Origin: Trichinella spiralis
Lineage: Eukaryota
Assembly: GCF_000181795.1 (NCBI RefSeq)
Contig: NW_003526944.1
Location: forward strand, 4,682,479 to 4,746,478
Reading direction: 5' to 3'
DNA: 64,000 nt
Positions 39,401-53,433 of the stretch are shown here, in pieces; the first letter of the stretch is position 1, and every line of letters begins with the position of its first letter. The notes below the pieces were generated by a model. That model was not told the DNA's origin, did no database searches, and was given only the letters and a program-made list of their open reading frames with translations. The translations under genes were made by a program, and so were the position numbers.

Positions 39401-42400
39401 CAGTTTTGAAGGAAGCAGAAAGAGAAGCAATTGGTAGTGCACTTTAGTGATTTAGAATTTTATATTGTTGATTTAATGTAGATAAGAAACTTCCCGAAAT
39501 CAATATATTTACATATGAATATATGATTAGCCGTTTTAGTGTTCTGTTCCTTTCTCTGTTGTTATCTGCATCTTCGTTGCCCATCTTTATCAGCTTTATG
39601 TATAGTAGTTATTAAAAATCACTTATAAATGCAATGACGATCCGATCAATAGATGAAGAATCTGTAGAAATTTCTCTCATTCTTCATGGATTCATTATAT
39701 TAGGTTTTTTTAAGTTTAAAAAGCAAAATGAAAAAAGTATATTAGGAAAGAGAAGTTGAAATGAAATGTTCATTATTGATTTGAGGAAAACATTTTCCGA
39801 ACGGTTGGAAGAAGGAAGAATTTTGAAAGAAAATATTATAGAATTATGCATATTATATAATGTTTTTGTCATTGCTGTTTTAACCAATTTAGGCAGTGTT
39901 TGTTTAGCTAACGCGGAATAACAATAATGCGTGCAAGCGTGGAATACAGCATCTGCATCTGGTGAAAGTAGCACCGTTTGAGTGGAACTGTCGGGGATAC
40001 TTATTTTTTGTGCACAAATAAGTGATAAAGAAGTGTAATATTATTAATTTTTTACATAGATGTTAGATTTTTGTTTTTGTTTTTTTTATTATATAATTTG
40101 TACATGGACAAATGAGAATACCTTTGAGTAAAGAAGTCGCCACAGCGTGGTAAGTTTCATATGAGGTTGGATAAGATGATCATGTGAAATTGTCAGTGGA
40201 GAAGATTAGGCATAAGTTGACGTTCGCATTTGAGCACGAATTCTTGAATGCCGGACCGCCGCCTTTCAACGATAAACTTATTGAATGCTTGTCGCGGTGA
40301 TGATAAAATGCCCCGCCTAGAACCAATTCCATTGAACTCATTACACAATAATGCTACTCGAATAATTTTCATGTTAATTGACTCTGAAAGGAAAATTCAC
40401 ACTGAAATGGGATTTGTGAAATAAATTTTCACTCGAATGAACAACTGAACATCAACTACATATCGGCTAAATATGATGAACATTGAAAAATGAGCTCCAT
40501 CAACAAGTTCACTAGCTGAAAACTATTGCCTTTTCGTGCATCTGATTAATCTAAGAATTGCAAGTGGAAAACAAAAAGATTAATGGCAATTATCTATTAC
40601 AATAATCATATAAATTTAGTAGTTGGCTACTTTGGTTTTGGCAATTATACAGAATTTTTTACTGATTTATTTATTTCAAACAAACTAATAATCAAAACAT
40701 CTAGATTATTTTGCAACTTATGATGAATAGTAATTTGAAAAAAAACAAACGTGTGAAAATTCAAGTTTAATTTAAATTTGAATATTTTTGATCACGCTTA
40801 TTTTGAACTGAACAGCGGTGGCATGAAATCAATTTTGTGTACTAAAGTAATATGGTGGTTGAAATTATGAAAATTTGAAAAATGTTGTTCATTCATTTAG
40901 GAGGAAACGGTTTGCATAAAGCTTTGATATTGGTCAACGACAGATTTGTTCTTTTTTTTGAAACCAATGCCAACATATTGGTAAGTAGACTTTGTATAAT
41001 TTTTTGCGATAATTTCATATCTTACTACTACTATCTGTTTGCAATTGCAATCATTTATTTTCTTCGACATTAGTGTCTACATTCTCTGTGATTATGATTA
41101 TTATTATTTAAAAAAAAGGAAAGATTTTTCAAAATTCAACATTTGATATGATTTGTTTGTTCTTTTTCAAGTTACACAACATCTCTGGTATGCTGCATGC
41201 GAGATGCTCTTTACACTAGACTGAAATTGAAATGAGATCAGCTTACTCTTTCTATAGATGTCGTCATTCACAGAATGTTAAAATTAAACAAACAATCATG
41301 ATAATGGCGCTGAAGACCAAGCTTAATTTAATTTTCTAATTTCATACATTCTCTCCGTTTGTGTATTGGTCCGTTTTTGAATGACGCAGTTTTCATAAAA
41401 AATCCTCAGAGAATTCCAATTGACACTCTTCAGTGTAGTGTAGTTTGACACACACACAAAAAAAGTGATTAGTCTTGAATCGTTTCAAATGCAAATCTTA
41501 TATGCAAATACTTGCAAAACAATGTTGAAATTATATTTTATTGTAAAATATGAAGAAAAACTATTTAATTATACTCTTATATCTGATCTGAATAACTAAG
41601 TCTTGTTCACATTTTCAATACCATACGTTTCTGTACGTGAAGCATAGCCAGTTATATATATCTCTTGAGAATTGTAGCATTCTTCGGATGAATAATAATT
41701 TTAAATGATAATTTCTTTTTTTAAACATTATTTTGGGAAATTTTTAAATAACAACGGTTGCTGAATTCTTCATTCTTTTGATATAGTTGAGGAAGGGCAA
41801 AATTTTCAAAAGGCGGCAAAAGCTTACTTTTTTAGATGTAAAAAAATTTTTTTAAGTTAAAAATAACTGAAGAGAGTTTATTTTAATATTTTGAATTTTC
41901 GATCCGGGTTTATTTGGAGAAATAAAAAAAAGAGGAAGATGGTGATTTTCGAAATCGTTTGTTGTGAAATCCTGAAAGCAAAAAATAATAAATCGCATTT
42001 TTTTGCGCCTTCTTGCACTTTTTAAATCAAATTAAGCCAGATGGTGGTGAAATAATGAAATTACAATTAGAATGAAATTCGAACATTGGGACAGAATTGT
42101 GTGTGTGTGTGTTCAAAATTTAGAATTAATTTTGTGCAACGGACCAACGCTCGATGAAGAGCCGAGAAAATGCTTCTTGGAAAAATGCAATTGCAACGAA
42201 ATTTCTTGCAAATTCTTTACTGCTGCCGTTGCATGAAACAAAGCGGCAACGGTTGAATTGAGCGGATAATTCAAATTGAATGTCAGTTTGGTTGCCTTTT
42301 CATTACTGTCACAACATTATCGACTGGGGCTGTATTGATTTGGCAATTTGGCTGTGACAATTCTTTTATGATTCAAACTGTCCTGGCAAAGTTAATCTCT

Positions 42401-45400
42401 CTCGGCCACTTTGTCTCTTATCATCATTTCAAAAATTAAACTTTTCACAAATCATTTAAATATCTTTTTTTATTTGTTTATTTTGGTTTTCATTTCAAAT
42501 ATATTTATTCTTCATGCTAGTTATTGTACTATTTTCTAACTGCAATCTGTTGTAGTGGGATATTTATTTCATTATCATTGAAAAAATTTCCTTTTCTCTG
42601 CTTATTTTTCTCTCCTACACTTCTCTATAACTGGATAAGAAGACAATCTACAATGTATATTGTTGTTGGTTTATTGGAAAAAAATTTTTTTATATTAAAA
42701 CAATAATTCACATTCCATTCAAGCGTATGCAAATGAGCAGAACCTATGGCAAATTGATTTGATTGACTGACCATACACATATCCTGTGTAATTGTGTTTC
42801 TTCTGATAATTTCATTTCTGCACTTTTATTTATTTTCATCCCATTGTAAATTCTCGTGTAAAATTAGCAGTGTTATTTTAATTGAGGAAAACATAGTATC
42901 ATTATTATTATTATTATTACTATTTTTGCATTCACATATTTCGAATTATTAACATTAGGATAGAGTTTCTTTTTTTCAAATTTTCCATTTATTTAAGTAA
43001 ACCAGCTGTTGCTGCCGTTGATCACACTTTAAAATACTTTATCATCGTAAAAAAATGCTGGATAAATAAAATTTTTTAAAAGAAATATTTTATATTTTGA
43101 ATTAGCTGAATATTGATGATTTTTGTAATTTATACGTTAGACGAAAAAATAACTATTTGAAAATGAAAAAAAGTTAAAGTTTTTTTAAAAGTAATGCTTC
43201 ATTGCTAATATTTTTTTAAATATTTTGATAATTGGAAAAGTAATATCATTCTTATAATGTCCTCTGTTAATGTGTAACGCCAGAATGTAAAGCTATATAT
43301 GCATTGCTGCAATTGATGCATAACCTTTTTTGCTGCTTCTTGAAATGATGCACTTTCACTTTATTGTTGAAAATTTATTCAAATTTTAAATTTAAATAAA
43401 TTAATAAAAATACTGAATAGAACGTGAAAGAAAAAAGGATTTTTTGTTCTCACCTGCTGCGCATACGTACAATTTTGGGCATTCAATTTTTAGTAGTTAG
43501 TGGAATGGAAATTTGCGAATTTTTGCTCTTTTGAAGAAAAAAGGAAATTGATGCTTTTGAGCTTGTAGAATAGAAAGACAGAGAAAAAGGAAAAAGATGT
43601 TCAATTTTCAAAGGCGTGGTTGTCGTTGTAAATGTAAAAATGAAATTACCATCTGAACATATAAAATCTGATCATCCAATAGACATTATTATTCATCTCA
43701 TCATCTTATGCAAACCCATTTTTCTCATCACTGACAGACAGTGACTGTGTCAGTCGTATTTTTGTTTAATTTTTTTTGAAATATCTTTTCTTCAATATTT
43801 ATTTATTAAAAATTATGAATTGATTTTTTTTCAAATTGAATTTTTAATGAATGAGAATGAAGATGAGAATTTGTCTTTTATCAGCGATATCTGTTCTGAA
43901 TTGAGAACTGTCAAGAAAAGAATAGCTGAATGTGAATGGTGTGAATTGTGTTAATTTTCTCAAAATTGATGAAAATTATTTATAAAAAGAAAGTCAAATC
44001 CTTCCTTGAGGGGTTTCATTGCATACATCAAAAATACATTTGTTATAAATTATTAATTTCTATTTCACTTTTTTCACAAGTGATAATTATTGAAAGCATT
44101 TTTAGATAGAATCTTCTGATGTAGTAGGTGTATAGAAAATTCATAAAATTTGCTTGCCTATTTTTTTTGGTTTGGATGCTGTTGTTTTTCTTCCCATTTA
44201 CTTTCCAAGAAAAAAGGGTTGTTGTTATGAAAGTGTTGTTTGCAAAATTTGATTTTAAAATGATTTAAAATTTTTTAAATTTATTATAACATTTTTTTGC
44301 TAAAGGATGAGAAGAAAATTTAAAAGCAAAAAGCAAGAAAATATAACAGTAGATGATGATGATGATGATAAGTTTATGGGAAAATTTAGGTTGTTGATTG
44401 AAAATTTTCAAAATGAAATGTAATAATCCGTCAATGTAAATATTTTTTGCATTTTCTGGGCTTTAAATGAGATTTGATAGCTACAAATTTGTCGAATTTC
44501 TTTTATTTAAATGCTAGAATGAACAACATTTTTCTCCATTGTTCAATTGAAAAAAGTGCAATAGTAGACAAAATAGTTGAAGTGGACTTTTTCTATTTTT
44601 TCTTTTTGACAAATTCACAATAGAAAAAGAGCAATTTATTTTTGAATTAAATTGAAGCAAAAAGAAGCAGGCGGATAAAACGAAGGAAAAATAGGCTTGA
44701 TTTTTAAGCATATATTTCCCACTTTTTTTTGTACAAGAAACTTACCATATATTTATACTAATTAATAAAAGTTTAGCTTTTTCTATTGTTTATCAATGCA
44801 AGCGAACCACTTTGATCACAAATCAATCGATCCTGCATCATTATTAGTGGCAAGTAATTAAGAAAGCATGAAAAGCTTAATGAAACAAATTATAAAACTG
44901 AGGAATACAATAATTTTGTGATATGTTTAATTTGAAAAATATTTTATTAAAAAACATCAAGATTGTCCATCCATCTATAGGTTTGATGGATTTATTATAT
45001 TCCAATGAAAAATTTATTATTATTATTATTATTGTTGTTATATTGAAATTAATATCAATATTGGAAAATGAGTATTCATTTGGAATGAACAGTTTTTGGT
45101 AATTTGATACGATCTGCTGTTGCTGCTGCTTTTTGTGGTTGATTTAATTAAAACTATTTGACCAACATCAAGAATAATAAAATTTCATCACAATAAATAT
45201 TTTAATAAATTCTTCATTGAGGGCAATTTGAAAATGACTTTTTTGTTTTAAAGTGCAAGAAAAAAAACAAATTTAAGTATCTTCATCATTAGTAGTGTGG
45301 ATTTGAATATATATTTATATATATGTGTGCGTATAGAAAAAGAAGAATAGAAAAAAACATAAGAAAACAATGTGCAAGTGCTGTCTCGCGGGTATCCGGG

Positions 45401-46734
45401 AAAATTTATTCCAACCCATTGAGTGATGTAATTTAATTTGTCTTTTAATGAATTTTCTCTGAAGATTTGTAGAAAAAATTTCTTTTCAGAAAACTGAAGA
45501 TGTGGTGAAAAATGCAAAAACATTGAAAATTATATTTAGAAATTCGATTTTTTCCATCATACTTTTATGTAAAATTATCCACCCAGTCAACGTATCTCGC
45601 ACTGTATATATAATATAAGCATAATGAATAACAACAACAAATCATTTTGTTTTGAACCTTATAATAATTATAATAATAATGTAAATTATTTTCTAGTTAG
45701 TTGGCTTCATATGTTATAGAGGCAGTTGTTGAAGGATAGATGTTTTGTATAAAGCACAAACAATTTTTCTTTTATTTTGCTATATAATAAATAATGCTAT
45801 ATAAATGGTGGAAATTGATTGAGTGGAATGCTTTTTTACCGTTCAAAGAAAAGGGAAAAAAAAGAGCCCAGTTTGAGAATGATTGAATATTATTCCTCTT
45901 TTACATATAAGCGAGCGGACAAAGGATATGGATAGATGATGAAATTGACTGACTGACTAACGGACTTAATATCTCAGAGGCTGAAGAGTCGAAATATAAT
46001 ATTTTTTACTGTGTTGATCAATGCTTTGACGCCGTTGGAATTGTCGAACAATCGCCGTTGATCAAATCACGGCTACATGAAAGCGATTTGCTAAATTCAT
46101 AAGCGGTTCATTTGATGAAACGGGCACAATTGAGCTCGAAGCTTATTTCCAATGAAATATTTCCACTCTACTCCTTATTTTTCAAATTTTTTCAAAATCA
46201 TCTTTTTTCCAGTTCTTTATTTGAATCTTTTTTTATTTCGTTAATTTAATTATTGAGAGGTAACCAATTTTTTGTAATTCAAAAAAATTAATTGTCTTTT
46301 TGTTCAAAAATTTATGAACATTCATCATAATTTATTACCACTTGTTCTACTAATTGAAATATTATTAATTAATTGTACAAAATGAACAGGTGAAATTTGC
46401 AGATATACATAAAAATGAAGTGCAATAGAGTGAAAATGAAAAAGAAAAAGCATATTATATTTATTGAATCGAATAAGGAAATAGTGTAATAAAAAGGAAT
46501 AATTTACCAGAATGGGAAATTTATTGAAATCATCCACTTGTTGAAGAAAATGGTATCTTCTTTTTTATTTTTCCAAATGAATGAAAGTTTGCCAAAACTA
46601 TACTTTACAAACGACGCACCAGCTAACGCGTTTAGCAAAAATTTAAGCCGTTCATTCATTCATTCATTTATTCATTCAATCATCATCATATGGCAGCAGC
46701 AAATCAGCTGAGCCAATCACATCATCAAAATGCA

Positions 46735-46806
46735 ACTACCACTACTACTACTACTGCTACTGCTACTGTTACTTCTGCTTCTACTACTCCTACTATTACT
46801 ACTACC
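46735..46806. repeat. Degenerate (CTA/CTG)n microsatellite
   Basis: actactactactactgctactgctactgttact... Confidence 0.8.
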
Positions 46807-47574
46807 ATTACACATTCTGCATAAATATTATTTTGTTATTTGATTTTCATCGATAAATTGATTTACCTTTCTCTTTTGAATTTCGTTTTACTCTTTTGTT
46901 TTTTTTGTTAAATTATTTCTAATTATTTTTGTTTTTTTATCGAATTTTATAACTTTTAAATATAATGATAATGATGATTATGCAAACAAATACAGTAACA
47001 ATAAATAAACGAAACTACTTTTGTTAATTTTTCACTATTTCAATATTATAGCATTATTTGATGCTGAAACAGTGTCATACAAGAATATTCTATTGTTTTG
47101 TACGCATTTCATATTATAATTTTTTGAGAATTTTATCAGAAGGAAGAATATCATCATCATCATCATAACAATAGTTTTATTTTATCATACACATCTAATC
47201 AGAGAGATAATGATGTTGTAATAAGTTTTGATTTTTGTTTCAACCATAAAGTTTTTCTCTTTTCCATTTTGGTAGATAATATTATTTTTTACAGATTATA
47301 ATAAATTATAAATGACCATCAGAAGAGAGAGAGAGAGGCATTTCAAAAGTAGACTTGTTGTTAAGAGAGATAGTAAAAATCATAGAATAGTGTTTTTATG
47401 TTTTACTTTTTTTAAAGTTAATTGAAAATTTTAATTCATATTTTTGAATTAGAAAATAATTTGTTCTGCTTGAACAGAATAAATGAAATAGTCTTGTTGT
47501 ACTTTTGCTTTTTCTTTTTTTTTTTTTGCTTCAAATCTCCTTGTCTATAGCGAATGAAGAAGAAGAAAAACTAA

Positions 47575-47601
47575 ATATGAATATGAATATGAATATGAAT
47601 A
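47575..47601. repeat. (ATATGA)n hexamer repeat
   Basis: atatgaatatgaatatgaatatgaata. Confidence 0.85.
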
Positions 47602-50600
47602 TAGAATGGGAAAAAGTCAATATTGTTTAATGAACAACAAAAGCCAATATTTTAATCGGTGCTGTACAATTTTGCAGTTTGTTTTGTTTGTGATTTATTG
47701 AAAAATTGAAAATCTACTTGTACCCCTTCATTATTGAAGTCTTCTCCTTTAAGTATTTATAACCATGCTGAAGTGAAAAGGGTAGAATTGTTCTGTGGTC
47801 GGTTAATCACATTTGATCACATTAATAATAATAATAATTCGTATTATTATTATTATTATTATTATTACTGAAGATTATTACTTGTTCATTGACATTGCAA
47901 AGTTTAATTCTTCATTCTCCAAAGCTAAAGTTCCTGATAACAATCTGAATTTACAATTTGTAAATTTGAAATAATTACCTAAACATTGACGAAAAATGTT
48001 AAATTGTTTATTTTATTTTATCTTATTAATAATTGATTTTTTATGGAATAAAAATTTTCTTTTTTATTGCTAATTTATAATTTTTCTAAAATCATCATCG
48101 ATTGCTATGTATAATGATAATCAACGTTATGTGGACAACGATTGATATCAAACATTAATTCTCATTGTGAAAATCATCACCTTATGCATCATCTGCCATA
48201 TGACCTATATATATTGTGGGCAAATTTCAATTGATAAACGTAAAGATTTAATAATTGATAAGTGCTCAACATTTGATGCATTTGATAATTTTTCGAATTG
48301 AAATGAAACATATTACAGATCATTTTGAATTATGAAATATTTTTTAAACTAAAATTTTCACTCTTATAATTTTGCTTCAACATTTTTTTCAAAAAAAAAA
48401 TTTTTTCTTTTTGTTTTTACTGTATTATTATTGTATTGCATTTTTAACAAAACAGCAATTCTGTTTTAAATGATGATAAATGTTGAGATATGTTGATAAC
48501 AGAATACAAAATGCCCAAATTATACATTTTCTGTTTTTCGCATTTCAAAAATATATTGAACAAATTATCAAAATTGAATAATAATAGTAATATTTGACAT
48601 TTTGTCTATTATTGGAAAAAGAATACAAAGCTAGCTTACTTGCTAACTGTTTCTTCGATAAATTTTCACAAGTATATATATATATATCTTATCTATATAT
48701 GTACGACTTGTATTTGCCACATCAACAACATTTACTTATTATTACTTTTCTTCAAGGAAAATTCAATAAATTGTATACTTTAATCTTCATTGTTCTGTTT
48801 CGTTGTCGCTTTCATTATGCCAATATATTCATGTTTAATTGAAAATAAATTACAAAATCATATAAAACTGTATTCGATATTTTTATAAGCATTCAATGAG
48901 GATTAGAGATTTTAATTTTTGTATTTGTTTAAAATCTATCTCATCTTTCGAACAGTGAAACAGAACAGTTAAATAAAAGTGCAACGGATGGTTGGTTCAC
49001 TTTCTTGCTTAGCGTCGTTTGTGGTCAAGTGAAAATTGATTATTGCTTCATTTCAAGCATGTTTGCTTTTGGCTGAACGTCGTCATATTAGCGCCCACGT
49101 GACATTAACATACTTGACCTTTGAAAATTTTCTCTCCTATACTTATTTTCTTGCAATCTTAAATATGAACGTTTTCTTTTTTTTCTTTTATTAATTCTAA
49201 TCTTATATTTAAATAAATGAAATTTTGCATTTTCAATATGCACATTTCATTTTTCAATAATTTTTCCATGCATAGTCAACATTTGATAATTTTTCATCAT
49301 GTATCCGTCGTTTATTAATTTACACTTAATTGTCAGCAGCACTGCTGGAACAGGAATCATGGTTGATTGAAACAGTATTATGCTTATTTGCAATATTTTC
49401 AGCATTTTTACCATATAGATACAACAGTTCGTTTCAACAATGCAAACTTTGTATTTTGAAAATATTCTCATTGAAAATATATTGATACAGTCAATCAAGA
49501 AGATAGTGTTGATATCTGTATTATTTCATTTCACTTTAAAAAGTCCAACAATTAATTTATCAAGGATAAACCGAAGCATCAGAAGTAATACTTAATATTG
49601 GGATTTTTTTTGAACAATCAGTGTTATCATTTTATTCTAACCCATTATCCATTATCATTATTCATATCCAACTTCCCAGTATCTTTGCACTTGTGGGATT
49701 ATATTAAGTAATTATTATTCAAGAATATTTCATTACATTACATTACATATAACTGTAAAGTTTCAATGAGATTAACTGTTTGTTTTTTATATTTATGTAT
49801 CATTAAATATATAATATAGCATTGTGTATATTTGAAACTATATAAATATGCAGTGTAAAAATAGAAAAATCAATAAAGTATAAAATAAAACCATCTCACA
49901 TTGATTTGAAACATAAATACTTTTTATACAAAGTTTTATTTTATTTTATTTTATTTTATTACTTTTCTTTCTTCTGGTTTTGTTTGTATTCACCAGAATG
50001 AAAGTAGAATGTGGGATTTAGAAAAGATTTAGAAAGCATTCGACTGCAGAGCGTTGTGTTTTAAGTTTTATAAAAGCACACTGACGGCGGATTTTGTTCC
50101 TTTGCCCTTTGATCAATGATCAATGTGGAAAAATAAATGAGCATGCTGCTGCTCATTTATTTTCTAAGTTCTAATGTTCAAGTGAAACTTTTGTCTTAAA
50201 TTTTCAAAAGAATCCCAACTGAAATTATTCGAGAGGTGTGCACTTGAAATTTTTTAATTTTTACAATTGTAATTTTTATCAAAATTTTCTTGTCAATTAA
50301 TTTTGTTCAATTGGAAAAGCATTTAATAACAACATTCCAAAGCGTACTGTGAAAATGCCAATTATTCTTCTCTGAATGAAGCTTTGAACGTTTTGAAAAT
50401 ACAAAGCAAAATAAAAAACGAGGCGTTTAATTAAATTATTAAATCAGTGAAAATATTGTTCTTGTGCATATAAAAGTGCAATTTCAAAACAAAATCGACG
50501 TGAGAACGTTATTCCTATGACAAGGCAGTGGGCGGCCAGAGGAGGGAAGAGAAAATGAAAGGGGTTGTGGGATATGCGTTGGCTTTAATTTGATTCTTTT

Positions 50601-53331
50601 CAGATTGTTAAAAATATTTTCAAGCATGCTATTGGTGCTGCTGTTTCCACCGTGAAGAAGCTCTTTAGCTGCAAGTTTATTAAATTCTTATTTCGTTTGA
50701 TTCTTCACATCATGATCATCCGTCTTTTTTCTTTTCATCGCTCAGCTGTTGCATCAATTAAGCTTTAATTAATCGATTCGTGTTTTTTTAAATTTTTATT
50801 ACTTTTCCTAGTTGCTCAAAAGTATTTAAAAAATCATTTTATTCCAATGCACAGCTTGTACAATACAAATACGCTTGCTTGCTTGCTTGTTAATAGTAGT
50901 GTTGGACTAAATTTATTTATTTAAATTTACGGCTAGTTCAATTTTGGAATCTTCAATTTCCTACACAAAGCTTTCTAATGGAATTTCTTTTTTTTGTTTT
51001 ATCTTTCTTTTCAATCAAAATTGTAGAGATGAGATTGTACGAGGAAAAAAATGAATGAATTATACCTATGCTAAGATTGATACAATTGAGATAAATTATG
51101 AGTAATAATGTATGCATTGAAGAATTTAAAACAACATCTAGCCATTTCATTAAATGCTCCACATTAAACAGATGTGAAAAAGTAATTAATCTGAAAATCT
51201 CATATTTGACAATTTTTTATAAGATTGATATTTCTTTCTTTTTTTCACAAATGTATTTTTTCTTTTACTTAATAATTTCAATTTTAACATTCATTACTGA
51301 TAACTGAAGATGAGCATTTATTAATATTTTTTTTAAAAAAAAAGTACATAAAATTTACGTAAAGTTATTAATTTGCTTCAAATCGATTTTCCTGGTTGAC
51401 GCTTGGACAGCATCTGTGTTGGCCGTTGATATATAACAAGCACGTGAATTTTGCAGCTCAGAATATGAAGATTAGCTGGACAAATTTATTCAACAGCAGT
51501 TGTACATGTTGTGGTGGTTTGTGGTTTTAAGGGGAAAAATGTTTTTTTTTCCTAATATTCTCTATCATAAAATACTTTTCAAGTTTTCGAGATAGAATCA
51601 ATTTATTTGAAGTAATTTTAAATGAAAATTTACGCGGATGGGGTGTGGCGATCAAGTGAAATTGAAAACTTTGAACTGAAGAGAAATAAAGAAAATTAAA
51701 TGGCGCAATAAAAGATTTGCAAAATCGATTAACAGTATAACATGAAAATGAAAAAACTATATATACAATTGTTTTTCTGTTGTTTTCAACACTTGTCAAC
51801 AGTATTTAAGCACAGATACATATATGCATATACATATATATGTACATTTGCAATTGCAATTTGTTCATCGCTAATCTATGGTGTGATATAATTTGAACTG
51901 GAATTGGAATTGCTCTATATTAATTGTGCAATTTTCTTTCAGCTGGAAAATTTTTTTATCGTTTTTTGGAAATTTAAGCTCTAGTCAAAAACTTATTTGT
52001 TTGCTTAATTAATTAATTGTGCATTTATTTGATTATTGATCGAAATGTGATCAGCAGATGGATCCTTATTTTAGTTTTTTCCGTTGCTCTTTTTCAAGCA
52101 GATTAATCTTCTTTTCATTTCCAAGTTCACAATTCCTTTTTTGATCATAGACAAATTCAAAAGTTCAGAAACGTTGAAGAGCAATTCAACATGCAATCCT
52201 TACTGCTTATTTATTTTTGTTATTTTATAATTTTTTGCATTTATGTTGTACAATTGTATGAATGTGTAAATTGGTTGAAAAGGAAATGTTAAACAAAATT
52301 ATACCTTTTTTTCGTCGAGAATCGACATCCGTCGGTACAATCATCGTGGACAGTAGTGGTGATGGTGGGTGTGGTGGTTTTGGTGATTGGCTTTTTGTTT
52401 GCAAACTTGAAAAATGAACTATGTATTGCATATTAATCGCACAATTTAAAAATTAGCCCCCCACTCCTAAATATGTAAAGATTTAAAAATAAAACTTCAA
52501 GTGACGGTTGTTGCACTGACGATTTTTGCACAAGTATCTTTCTTGCACGGCGAAAGCAGCATGCATTATTCATGCCGTTAGCTCTCACTTTTTGACTGAT
52601 TGGCCGTCAAAGCTAGCACTTCAAATAGCCTATCAAATTTGACAATCAATCTAACAAAAAAAATGCTTACTTTTCTCTCGTCTCGTCTCGTCTCGTCTTC
52701 TCCTGTCGATTGTTTTCTTATCTCGGCAATTTATTTCCATTCATTCATCCGCCGTTGTGCCTGTCTTTTTCTGTTGTTGGTACAGTTGATTCAACTTTTC
52801 CAAAAATCCAATAATATACTTTCAAACATTTTAATTTTCCTTTAATTTACCCATATCCCAATGCTATAATTTACTTAAAAGCTGAGTTGAATAATGCGGG
52901 TATTTTTTCCTTTTGGATTAATTTATAAAAATCTTTAATTAAATGTAAAATGACTTATAAAGTGTAATTAAATATTACATGTTATCAAAACCCATCATTA
53001 TGATATTGCCAAGAACAAAAATATAAACACAAAGGGGAAAAAATTACTGACTTCTCCTTTACCACGACTCCATTTCTTTCTTTAAATTATATTGTTAACC
53101 AAGATTTTTTTTATTTGGCAATGCTCAGAAACCTTATGAATGCCCTGTCTGCGAGGGAAACCAAAAGAACAATAAATTAATATGCCCCCTGGGGAAGTGT
53201 GGAACAAAACTTAGTGCCTTTAACTAAAAAAATAACTAACCCCACCTAAAAGTGCTTAAAAAAATGTACAACTTTACCTTTTTCAAAGTTTCTTTGAACA
53301 TTCCTTTTTAATTCCCCCAACCAACAGGTGG

Positions 53332-53341
53332 NNNNNNNNNN
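53332..53341. other. Assembly gap
   Basis: 10 N. Confidence 1.
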
Positions 53342-53433
53342 AAATGGACCACCATATTAAGAGAGAAAAAATTAATACATTCCCCAAACGTTGAACAATC
53401 ACACAAATCAACTGTCAACAACAGCACTTTTAC

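Noticed and set aside
36202..52845. Many 60-106 aa F/I/L/Y-rich ORFs
   Set aside because: Composition is that expected from AT-rich non-coding DNA; no splice-consistent models or domains.
52850..53331. Odd homopolymer-rich sequence before the gap
   Set aside because: Looks like a low-quality read end; no filamin continuation is recognisable.
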